64,000 bases of DNA from Ostrea edulis (taxonomy: Eukaryota). Made by a program: the position numbers and the translations under genes. The stretch covers positions 36,022,001-36,086,000 of the forward strand of contig NC_079170.1 of assembly GCF_947568905.1 (NCBI RefSeq), read 5' to 3'. This document shows, one piece after another, positions 10,491 to 21,347 of the stretch (position 1 is its first letter; each line of letters begins with the position of its first letter). The notes beneath the pieces were generated by a model. It saw only the letters and a list, made by a program, of their open reading frames with translations, ran no database searches and was not told where the DNA came from.

Positions 10491-13260
10491 TGTTCTGCTC
10501 TACACTAGTTTATTTGTAAGACTTGTACGAAGAAGTCTTCAAGCTACGTTCTGTCGTTCTGGATCTCACAGATCTTTGTGGTTTTTACTGTGGTCACCCT
10601 TATACTTAGTCACCTGGGGGAATCTTCTAACGCTTGTTTGATTGGTTCACTATGATAATCGGAATATGTCTAGACTATCTCATGGCGCAAATTGAATCTT
10701 TGATATATATACGACATGGTCACCCATCAATCGGAACCCCTCGCCCTTTACTACATACGAAGCAACAGTAAAGGTCGAGATGTTCCGATCGGGTCATCCA
10801 CAAGACATTTGTGTTATCTATGTTGTAGACCTCCACTTGATATACGCATTATTTACATGTATATACAGGTCAGGGTCACATTCTGTCTGGACATCCAGTC
10901 ACGTCCAGGTATCATGTTTCTATGGAGTCCGTCTGTCACATAAAATTTCTGTCTCATGTCGAGTCCGCTTATTCTACAAGTCATTTCTATGGAACCTATG
11001 GAGGTTAATGAGTTTTCATTTGCAACTTGCAGAAAAGGAATGTCCTTTCTATGTATTTGGGGGAGAAATGGGACACTATCAAACGTCTTCTTACTAATGA
11101 AGGATACCGTGGTCTGGTATATCAAATCCCTGAAACGATTTTTTCTCTGTTTTTAAAATGCAAATGCAAGAACTATATAGGATTATTTATCAAATTTATC
11201 TCATAAGTAGGTCTATTCTTACGTTCTCCTAACGGCTTCTTATAGGAGGAGTGTCCTAGTTTTCCTGATTGGATCTCCGAAGTTTTGTTCGGGCTCGGAT
11301 TTATTTGGTTCAGATCACCGATGAGCTCGTTTGATACGTTTTGTCATTTTGCCAGCGACTTCGACCAATCCTCTCCTGCCATCTGGCTTGCAAACTTGTG
11401 GCAACGTTAACATTGGATATTCCCCAGACCAATATCTGTAGTCAAGGCATGAACAGTTTTTGACAGTTTTGGTAGGAGGTTTGTTTTAGGCTTTGTGGGT
11501 CTGTTTGTAGGACATGCATGCGATCTATGACCCTTGTTTCTACATGTATAGCAGCGCATATTTCTGTAATAATCTACCTCCATGGGTTCCTTGCATCGAT
11601 GAGCAATTTGTGTTTGACTAAAATTTTGAGTGAGAAAATGAAGAGTTGTGTCAAAGCGCGTTTTGTGCAAATTTTCGAACACCTTAATGGTACCTACGTT
11701 TATTAAGGATAATGTCTTTCTTAAATTCTGTTCCTTCATTGCTAGATCTACTGCCTATCATAGTGTTCTGAGATTTACTAACAAGATTTTCATTCTAAGA
11801 TTATCGTATGTTAGACCATCGCAGAAGATATCTACGAATTGCTGTAGAATTAGCGGGTCCATTATTCTATTGGGATCATATGCATCTTCTGCAATTTGTA
11901 GCACATGCTCCATGAACAACTGTACACTCTCGATATCGCTCTGTCGAATCTTGAGCATCATTGAGATTGCATACTCTGCGTCTTTGATATAAGAAAATCT
12001 GTTATTAAGGAGTTTCTTTAAGTCGTTCTAACTCGGAATAGTTTCGAGTGTCTCTGTCTTATTTATCTTTGGGTCAAATGCTGTCTGAATCTTTGGGTCA
12101 AATGCTGTCTGACGTGTTTCATACCGAATGTTAGACCGTTCTTGGCACACTGATTTTGACTACGGATAACTCCGTTTTCCTGATCAGGATGTAGGGCTCA
12201 CGGCGGGTATGACCGGTCGATAGGGGATGCTTACTCCTCCTAGGCATCTGCTCCCACCTCTGGTGTGTCCAGGGGTCCGTGTGTTCCCAACTATCTATTT
12301 TGTATTGCTTATAGGAGTTATGAGATTGATCACTGTTCATTATCTTCATCTTCCATGTATCTTTATAAAATCTACTACTGACACTTTGCAAGTCATACAC
12401 GCGGGAGCTCCGGTTTCCTGATTTTGTTTTCCCGACATGGGAGTATATTTCTCTACTTCTGTGACGTATTGCTTAAATTTCCTGGAGTCCCCATCAAACG
12501 GTGATGCGACTGCTGATAATGGTAGTCATGGCTTTAATTGGATTAATAAAGAATTCTCCATCATCATCATCATCATCATCATTTTGACGCCTAACTTGGT
12601 GCCTCATTGGCTTCCGTGTTAAAACTTGGTCGTTTATCAGACCCTTTCCTTAAAGTCTGGGAACTTGAATCTGACTGTTGGGTATCTTCCATTTCATTAT
12701 TTTGTCTTATTTTGGTTCCCCCAAATCTCTCTGTGAATTCCTCTAATGCCCTATATAAATCCTCTAACAGGGATATCAAGATGCTTTCTGAGGTCATAAG
12801 GCAGCGTTTAAAAGGGGAATCGTTTCTACCTTAGTTTAATTCTCTTCTTCGTTTCCTCGTTCTTTGATCCCCTCTTTTTGCTTATTCTCTATCCTGGTCG
12901 CAGGTACCAAAAGAAAAACCCCATATAATACCCTTACAGTAGTTTATTTGCAAGACTCGTATAAAGAATTCTTCAGCCTGCATTGTGTTTTCTTGGCGTC
13001 TTTATTTCCCGAGTTTTACACCGACAAAAACTCACTCGCTAACATTCAAAATCTAACCTCGTCTCTAATCAAATTCCAATCTCAATCTAATCTGATAGTA
13101 ATAAATTGGCAATCGTATACATGTACATACAACATGGTGATTGGTAGGTTTTACCAGTTTTGGGTGACACTTCTGCGTCGACGTTTTTGCAGGTGTTTCA
13201 GTGATCGTATCTAGTAACAAAATTGACAAAACCGTCAACCATGTGCGGGTGTGTACCATT
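10491..13260 (-). mobile_element. Decayed Ty3/Gypsy LTR retrotransposon with gag and protease but no RT/RNase H/integrase
   Basis: gag pieces 12797-11407 (FDGDSRKFKQYV..., LKKLLNNRFS, AMKEQNLRK, zinc knuckle CYTCRNKGHRSHAC). Protease remnant 11125-10853 (LQVANE...IGSI...FYVTDGLHRNMIPGRDW; active site mutated to LIYQTT). PBS-like TGGTACCTGCGACCAGGAT just upstream of gag (~12891-12909). LTR-like ends share a 34/40 nt segment containing AATAAA (10501-10540 vs 12935-12974). Outer boundaries are approximate. Confidence 0.85.
12071..12356 (+). mobile_element. 5'-truncated Penelope-like element inserted in the Gypsy gag, with 7-bp target duplication
   Basis: Family 3' end (ctcacggcgggtatgaccggtc...ctcctcctagg...gagattgatcactgttc). 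TATCTTT on both sides (12064-12070, 12358-12364); removing the insert and one copy restores the gag frame. Confidence 0.9.
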
Positions 13261-13589
13261 ACTCATTGATATGGTAGCATTACGAGTTTTACTCACGAGA
13301 AGTCATACAAGACACGGTGACCTTCGTTGAACTGGTTCTGAAGCATGATGAATTTACATGTTAGTGCATCAGTTTAATTTCAAGCCGTCATAACCAATTA
13401 AGGCTAGTATGATCAACTACTCTGCATCACTCGTATAAGTTAAGTACACATTTAGTACAATCATCAAAATACATTCAAATGCTTAATATATGATTACACT
13501 ATGATATAGATGCGATGAGATCCCAAGGGTCATCTGGTTACAATCACTTAGAAGCATAAAATGTATATAACACATTATGAAGTTTTTTT

Positions 13590-13812
13590 ACTATATGTAG
13601 ACATATATCATACATTATAAAATGTAAACGTATATCACACATTATGAAATGTAGACAAATATCACACATTATAAAATGTACACATATATCACACATTTTA
13701 AAATGTACACATATATCACACATTTTAAAATGTACACATATATCACACATTATGGAATTGTACACATATATCACACATTATGGAAAGTAGGCATATTTAC
13801 ACATTATGAAAT
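13590..13812. repeat. Minisatellite, 27-nt unit x~8
   Basis: acatatatcacacattttaaaatgtac, degenerate; gives the MCDICVHFK ORF artefact. Confidence 0.85.
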
Positions 13813-13900
13813 GCTCCTAGCACTTACATGTACATAGACGTATATTAGATTTAACTGCTGAAGGAAAATTATATAAACAGTCAGACCTATGTGAATGTGC

Positions 13901-14042
13901 NNNNNNNNNNNNNNNNNNNNNNNNNNNNNNNNNNNNNNNNNNNNNNNNNNNNNNNNNNNNNNNNNNNNNNNNNNNNNNNNNNNNNNNNNNNNNNNNNNNN
14001 NNNNNNNNNNNNNNNNNNNNNNNNNNNNNNNNNNNNNNNNNN
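13901..14042. other. Assembly gap (N run)
   Basis: 142 N. Confidence 0.99.
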
Positions 14043-15802
14043 ATAGAACCGCATTTTCATTTGTGAACATATATATCCAAGGAATGAGCAAAATGTCTGT
14101 TGACTACATTGATAAGATCCCTGAGATAGATAGAATTATCTACATTGATAAGAGTCTTGAGATCTATACAATTATGCTACTAAATGTTATAACTTCATTA
14201 ATCGGTACCGCATGCTTCTGTGACCAAAAGTGCATCTGGTCGATGCTTTACAGAATGATGGCATTACCAATATTTTGAAATTAAATATTTAAAAGGGTAT
14301 ATTGTTGCGAAAATGCGTGGTATAAGAACTCATGAGGAACATAACTAATTTGTGAAGGTAAAGTTATTCTTTTCTGTCTGACTAATGAAGTGACACCTAC
14401 TTAAACGGGCTAATCTATTTTAAACAATTGGGGATACTGTTATTTTTACCTATCTATTGTTTAGGAAGAAAGCCGTGTTAACTAAATATATAAAGTGTCA
14501 ACACTATGATATGATGAGCTGACATACTTTCTCACCCGCGCACCTGCATTTCTTCCTTATTCTGTAACTAATTTTTGTCGTGCGTTTTATTTTGTTTTAC
14601 TTAATTATAGGGTTTATTTAATTTACATTTGGCGACAAAGTTTGAAAACCTTTTAAATTGTTCAAGGACAAATTCTTTGGATCGTGCTAATCTTTTTAAC
14701 GGACGAGGTGTTAAATAAAATATGGGGGGAAATTGATCGATATTTTAGACACAATAGCTTTTTTTTTATTATTATCATTTTCATTTTTTGTACTATTTCA
14801 GGAATCTGTTAATTAATGATAGCACTTAGACAAAAGTAGAGAAAGTGTTAGCAATGCCTATACACTCACCAACATAAATTATCTTTTTAAGGAATGACAT
14901 TAATTTCTACTCATTTCATACGATCGAGTTCAACAATTTACGCATTAGAATGCTGAGCATAAGCTGTCCCAACCTCTTATATTCCTGTATCGTACGAAAT
15001 GAGTAGAAATGACTTTCATTTCTGATAATTTGATTTGGTATATAATTCGATAAATAAGCATAACGGCTATTCTATGCGATGTAAAGAATGATTTTTGAAA
15101 AATCAAATGAATCAATCAAACTGTGTTTTACAAATTACAATGAATTATTCATTGATAACTTATCAGGATCTGTTTGAAAATACACTGCGACGCTTTATCC
15201 TGGCATATTCCATGAAGCGTGTTATTTACATGAACTTTTACTTTCATTTCCGCGATAATTCTCAGCCGTTAAAATAGACGCACTATATTTCATCCATTCT
15301 CTCACCAGAGGGCGTAAGTATCATATTTTAATTGCACCAAAAGCATTTTATAATATGACTAAATATTTAGTCCAAAACATAAATGTTGGATATTAGAAAC
15401 TTTTACAAGATTTCTTTATAACGAATTCGACAGAAATGTAGTGCAAGTAGCGCACGGAACTCTGGGTAGAGAATGTATTTTATCAAGCAGCCCTACATAT
15501 GTATTCATACGCGCACTGTTTACAACTGCAACGCGTTCATGAGGAAATAGTTACATTCACTGAATCTTTTCTCTTACATTTCTTTTGAAATTACATTGCT
15601 TTCATCATACATTGAATGCATGTTTTTTGCAAACTAGTTCGATCCGGTTTTCTAGTACCACCTGTCTGCATAATCATTACCAAATATAGATCATCATCAA
15701 GGTCAAAGGGTGTATTGGCTGTTAACGTAACAAATGGGTTAACCATATATTCTAGAGCTTAATTCTAGTTTTTATTTTTAAAAGATGCATAAAAATATAA
15801 AC

Positions 15803-15964
15803 AATAAAATGTCTTTCTTTGTTGTTTCATTGGGCGATGAAGGTAGCAATCATTGCATAAAAAAATTGCATAACCCGCTTAATTACGCAGATTATGTATT
15901 TTTTCTCCAATGCTAGCCTTGCTACCTTCAGCACCCGATGAAACAACAAAGAAAGCATGTTATT
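15803..15964. mobile_element. Small foldback/MITE-like element
   Basis: Arms ctttctttgttgtttcattgggcgatgaaggtagcaa and ttgctaccttcagcacccgatgaaacaacaaagaaag. Confidence 0.65.
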
Positions 15965-16100
15965 CAATGTTTAAATAACTATTATCACAATTTTTAAAAC
16001 AGGCATATAGAATTGAGGGTAATGGCATGAATTGGAAACGTTCCAAAACATTCTTTCTATAGTTTTTCATGAAATTTATATTTTTCGTGTACATGATTTA

Positions 16101-16102
<2 letters not shown>

Positions 16103-16154
<52 letters not shown>
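16103..16154. repeat. (GT)n microsatellite
   Basis: About 26 perfect units. Confidence 0.98.
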
Positions 16155-16156
<2 letters not shown>

Positions 16157-16888
16157 ACATACACACATTGACCGTTTTGGAACTCCCTATGCTTTGAATT
16201 AATTTTAGAAAGACATCTAATGTCGCTTTTTCTAATTCAAGTTTTATTAACGACGTACTTCGGTGTTTGAATATTTTTTTTTATAATCTCCAATCTTTAC
16301 ACGGCCGTTGAAACTCCTTACCCATTATCCATACTTTTCTCTAAAGACCTTGGATTACACAACTCTGTGATAATGTTTGCATCATACAACAATCAAAATG
16401 CGAGTTTTAAGGGGCTTTGTCCTCGATATTGTCCCACGAGATGCATGTGATCCAGTTTTAAGGAGGTCTCTGATAGAACACAATTATTCATTAATGTCTG
16501 AATGTCGTCAGCTTTCTTGGAAATCAGGTCACACAGTTTAGAATGAAAATAATAACCCTACCTTAAGTTGTCTAGCGTGTTTCCCTTTTTTCTCGTGTCC
16601 ATTAAACTGAGATATCTGGTCAGTGTTTTTGCACGACGTACGTGCATGTATTGTAATCTTGAGTCTGTGTAGAAGTCCTGGAGCTCGCCAAGGGCAAAAG
16701 TAACGCATCTGCGGTGTGTTCGAGAGTTGAGAATCCACCCCACAAGAGAGTGTGAACGAAATATCTAGATTTTAACAGATATTTCAGACATGTTTACTTA
16801 CAGGTACCCGTATTAACCTATCACGGCGGACAAGCTGGTTCGAGGTTTTTTTTTTCTTTTCGTAATTCAGATTATTTTTGGTCTCAAA

Positions 16889-17050
16889 TGGCGGACTGGC
16901 TGGTTAGAGTGTTTCCTCTGTAATTTGGAGGTACCGGGTTTTTTTCCCTCTAAAAGCGCCCAGCATTAAAAGTGAAAATGACGGGTCTTTCAAATGATAT
17001 TAAAAACGGAATAAAGAACCTTCCGGCTTGAGCGCAATGAGTAGGTCAAA
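16889..17050 (+). mobile_element. Decayed tRNA-head SINE
   Basis: A-box-like ggctggttagag; body acgggtctttcaaatgatattaaaaacgg...ataaagaacc shared with the copies at 26.9, 55.2 and 57.4 kb. Confidence 0.55.
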
Positions 17051-17794
17051 TGTATCAAACTTCACTTACTCTTTGTGGAACATTTTCGAATCGGACGTTA
17101 AATAATCTATGATACTCATTCTTACATGAAAAATTTAAGCTTTCTTTCTATTTAATGTTATATCAAATCTGTAACATATTTCATGAAGTAATTACATATA
17201 CCCAATCAAATTTAGCTCCTGACCACAGCAGTGACATAGTTCAATTACACATACAGTACAGGGTAATTTATGGGGAAAAAAGCGGAAAACATTTTAAAAT
17301 CTTTAGATAGGTAATCATTTTTAAATCAAGCTGAACATAGTTTATTTAACGTTTTGAATCAAAATAATTGGAATTGAATAGCGATAAGCGTGTGAAATTC
17401 ACACAGAAAATGTATAAGCGAATTCCAACCGGATGCTTTGGAGGGGGAGGGGGTGGGGTCAGTTTGCGCATGCACAAGAGTACGTGCCATCCACATATAT
17501 ATCTAAATACTTTAAATTAATTTTTCATCCATTCCTTACAGCTTTCAGAACTGGGTATACACATGCATATATATACCATTCCACTTTGCTTGGATCATGG
17601 AAGACTGGAAGAGGCCTTCGGATGGGAATAAGTATGTAGCTACCATCCTTACGGATCCCTCCAAGGCGTTCAACTGTCTCTCCCATGATTTGTGTCTCTA
17701 TAGTCTCAGAAATGAATCCTTGGGTCTTCTAGATAACTATGTTAGTGAAAGTTGGGGAGTGTCTAGGGGACGCCTTTTTCACATTTATTTCTCT

Positions 17795-18025
17795 TTAAAG
17801 ATATCTCCCTTTTATAAGATGTCTAATAAAAGTTATAAGATATCTTCTAAAGTTTAAGAAATATCTTATATCCTTTATAAGATATCTTATAAAAGATATG
17901 ATATATCTTATACTTTTTTTCTTTAAAAGATATCTTATACAACATATAAGATATCTTATATGTTTTATAAGATATTTCATAAACTTTTTAATTTATCTCA
18001 TATATCTTATAACTTTGTTAAGCAT
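17795..18025. repeat. Low-complexity array of ataagatatctt-like ~11-nt units
   Basis: Repeated GATATC-centred motif, in both orientations. Confidence 0.8.
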
Positions 18026-18071
18026 TATTCTGATTTTTCACGTTAAGTATTTTAAAGTTGAAATAAGAAAT

Positions 18072-18870
18072 ATGCTGGAGTTCCTCATTGACAATATCTT
18101 CATAGTCTTTGGTGATTAAGTCTTCCAACAGTCTGTTGGAATTCCCATGCATGGATCCGAATTGAGAAGAAAAAAATCTCTTGCCGTGGCCTTCAACTCA
18201 ACATTTAGATATATCGAAGACGTTTTATCTATTAACAATCATCATTTTCATTCAAATGTCGATTCGATGTATCCCAGTGGACTCGAAATAAAAGTCAGCA
18301 AATAATCTTCCACCTATGTTTCATACTTACCTATTTTAGTGAACATTGATGCTCACAACAAATTGAAAGCTCAGCTTTATGACAAACGGGATGACTTCAA
18401 TCTCTCCATCGTCAACTTCCCATATTTATGTAGCAATATTCGATTATCACCTGCATATGGTGTTTTTGTCTCTCATCTGATTCAATACGCAAAAGCTTGT
18501 TCTGCCTATGTTATTTTTATTTAAATGTAGGCAAGCTACTGTAGAATAAGTTAATGTTGCAAGGATGTCTCGTTTAAAGCAAGCATTTCGCAAATCGTAA
18601 TGGACTTTAAAATAAGTATTTGATTTACCGATGCAACCCACCATTGGGTAAAATGCTGTCTGGCATGTTTAATACCAATTAAGGCCGTTATTTACACATT
18701 CGTTTTGACAATGGATTACACTGTTTACCTGCTCAAGACATAAGGTTTACGGCGGGTGTGACCGGCTGACAGAGGATGCTTACTCCTCCTACACCTCTGG
18801 TGTGTCCCGGATCCGTGTTTGCCCTATTCTTAACTGTGTATTCTTTATGGGAGTTATAAAATTTCACTTT
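18072..18870 (+). mobile_element. Penelope-like retroelement fragment (RT C-terminal half plus 3' end), decayed
   Basis: MLEFLIDNIFIVFGD*VFQQSVGIPM, FRYIEDVLSINN (YIDD motif), QLYDKRDDFNLSIVNFPYLCSNI...AYGVFVSHLIQYAKAC, then the family 3' UTR. Confidence 0.85.
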
Positions 18871-19106
18871 TTTGTCAACACTAAATCGTGCACAGAAATG
18901 GCTGTACATGTAGGACATTACTCCCGACTTGTCCCCAATCGCATCGGGATATCGCAGACATATGAAATTGATTTCGAAGTCAGCGCACAGGTGGCGGTTA
19001 AACGATTCAGAGCATTGAAATCCCTATCTTCGACTCATTTTATTCAACTTTCACTGCGACAAAAAGCATTTTCTATTGCTTTGAGTTTATGAATCCATAC
19101 TATACA

Positions 19107-19824
19107 TGTACGATTCGACGAGATGACTCCGGGTTACCTCGGTCACTATTGTAATGATTCCGGATATTTGGGGTACGACCATTCGGAGTTCTCAATTAGT
19201 CACTATTGATATTACGTGATCTCATTTGTGTATAAATACCAAGACTCCGCAGTCGTCTGTGTCATTCTGATAGAAGACTCAGCCAAGTAGAGAGGACGAG
19301 ATTATGTGTACTGATAAAGTATTCATGGTAAACAATTCCTCGCCTGTTCTTACAGTTAGAGAGTGAATGTGGAAGGCCATCAGAAGTCTGGCCTGACACG
19401 AAAAGGTTGGCTCCAGTAAAAGGTGTTTTTGGTGTCGTCCGCATTGGCTGAACAGACCGTCGTCTAGGTCGCTATACTCATTGTCCGTCCTGAATAAGGC
19501 ATACTATAGTGAGTGTAGTGGTTGAAAGGCTACCACATATACTGTCCGTCCTGAATAAGGTGCCCTACAGTATATAGGGTAATCCAAGGGCGACTGGGCT
19601 CTACATTTTGTTAAGTTAGTAGTACCAGTTTATCGTTGCTTGCCTCTGATTGATATAGTGATTCTCTGTTTGATTATAATTAACCTAGATAAGGTTAGAA
19701 TATATTTGTATATTTTGGCAGTCCACCAAAATCATACCAATTAGTTTAAATTAGTTATTGTTGAATACCCCAAAACCTGGTATTGACCAGGTACAATCCC
19801 AGAATTTAATGTAAATACGTTACA
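19107..19824 (+). mobile_element. Solo LTR (~720 bp)
   Basis: Starts TGTACG, ends CGTTACA; CTATA on both flanks (19100-19104, 19825-19829, left copy offset by 2 nt); TATA-like gtataaata near 19230; internal duplication tgtccgtcctgaataagg. Confidence 0.7.
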
Positions 19825-20028
19825 CTATAACGTCTATTAAAATCCACCTATGACGTCATTCTTTTGTTCGAACACTCCATTATTTTTCAGGAATGGAGAG
19901 TTCTGAAAGTAGGTCAACCTTTATACAAGTAGATATAAATGCATGCAACAAAAGAATGAAAAACGTAAGACATGATTAAAATTAAATTAAAAGTTAGTTT
20001 TTATTAATGTTTACAGTGGATTTTAAGT

Positions 20029-20137
20029 GGGTCAATGTACTCGTATCACTCCATTCCTTAAAATCAATGGACCTCGGCCCCTTCGGGGCCTCGGTCCATT
20101 ACTTTTAAGGAATGGAGGGATACTCGTACATTAACCC
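20029..20137. repeat. Near-perfect 52-bp-arm palindrome
   Basis: 44 of 52 arm positions are complementary; the loop lies at cttcg (20081-20085). Confidence 0.9.
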
Positions 20138-21347
20138 TTACGTAAAGTAAGGTTCCATTAAGTTGTAGAATATAAGACAGAATATTCCGAATTGATTCCC
20201 CATAGTTTTAATAAGAATAAGTGAAGATATACACAGCGTATTCATTACCTGAAAAGATGAAAGAAAAATATTATTATTATCAGTCAAGGGTACATAGTTA
20301 ACTACAACAAGCGGTATGCCCTGTACACGCCGATTTCTATCTCAATGTTAAAATGCAATATTTTACTTTTCCAAAGTTTTTGCCTTCGATATCGTTACCA
20401 ATTTTAATGATAGCCATTTCCTCATCAATGCTATGCAGTTGTGAGCAATGCACGTATGAATATTGTAAGTATACAAGTAGTACGTCTATTTCAATGCGCG
20501 TATGAATATTGTAAGCATACAAGTAGTACGTCTTTTTCAATGGCTAGGAATTCCAACAAAAATGAAAATAGAATGTAAATATTATGAATTTTTTGAAAAT
20601 ACATGAGTGTATGAACCGTGACGCCTCACTCTAATGCGCCTCATGAAGTATTTTGGCAAATAGTGTCGCTAGCTGTTTATGCCGTCATGTATTTTCGAAT
20701 ATGAAATTTATCTTTTACGTATTTACATTTCCAATGTTTTTGCCTTTGATATATCTATAAATTTTAACCATATCTAATTTCTCATGAATGTGAAGTAATT
20801 GTGAACTATGCGCGTATGAATCTTGATGAATATAGTACGTTTATTTTGATACCTGGGAATATCAATAGAAATAAAAGTAGAATGTAAATAAAGGAATGTT
20901 TTTTATGTTTTGAAAATCAAATAGGGTATGAGCTGTAACGCTTCACGCCAGAATAATTTGCATAAAATTCTAATACGCTTCATGAAGTATTCAGGTGTGA
21001 AACGTCAAGTACCCTTATGTATTTTTGTTTTTCTGAGTTCATGTTATTTCACAACATGGCCCTAAATGGCTATTACACACTGTAAATTAAACATGGGTTA
21101 TTAGAAAAGGAATTTCGCGTCAATAGTTGTCCGAATGAAAGTTTTTCAGCGCTTATCTATCATGAGAAAGAGTGTGTTTTTCAAAATACACAAAATTTCT
21201 TTACCCCCCCCTCCCCCCCCAGTGAAAAGGACATGCAGAGCAGCAGAATATCTACACTCTCTATCGGTTAGTCGATGTCCGATATAATATTACATGTTTA
21301 CGTTGCTAGTATATGATGCATGTATAAAATTATCAATTTGATCACAG

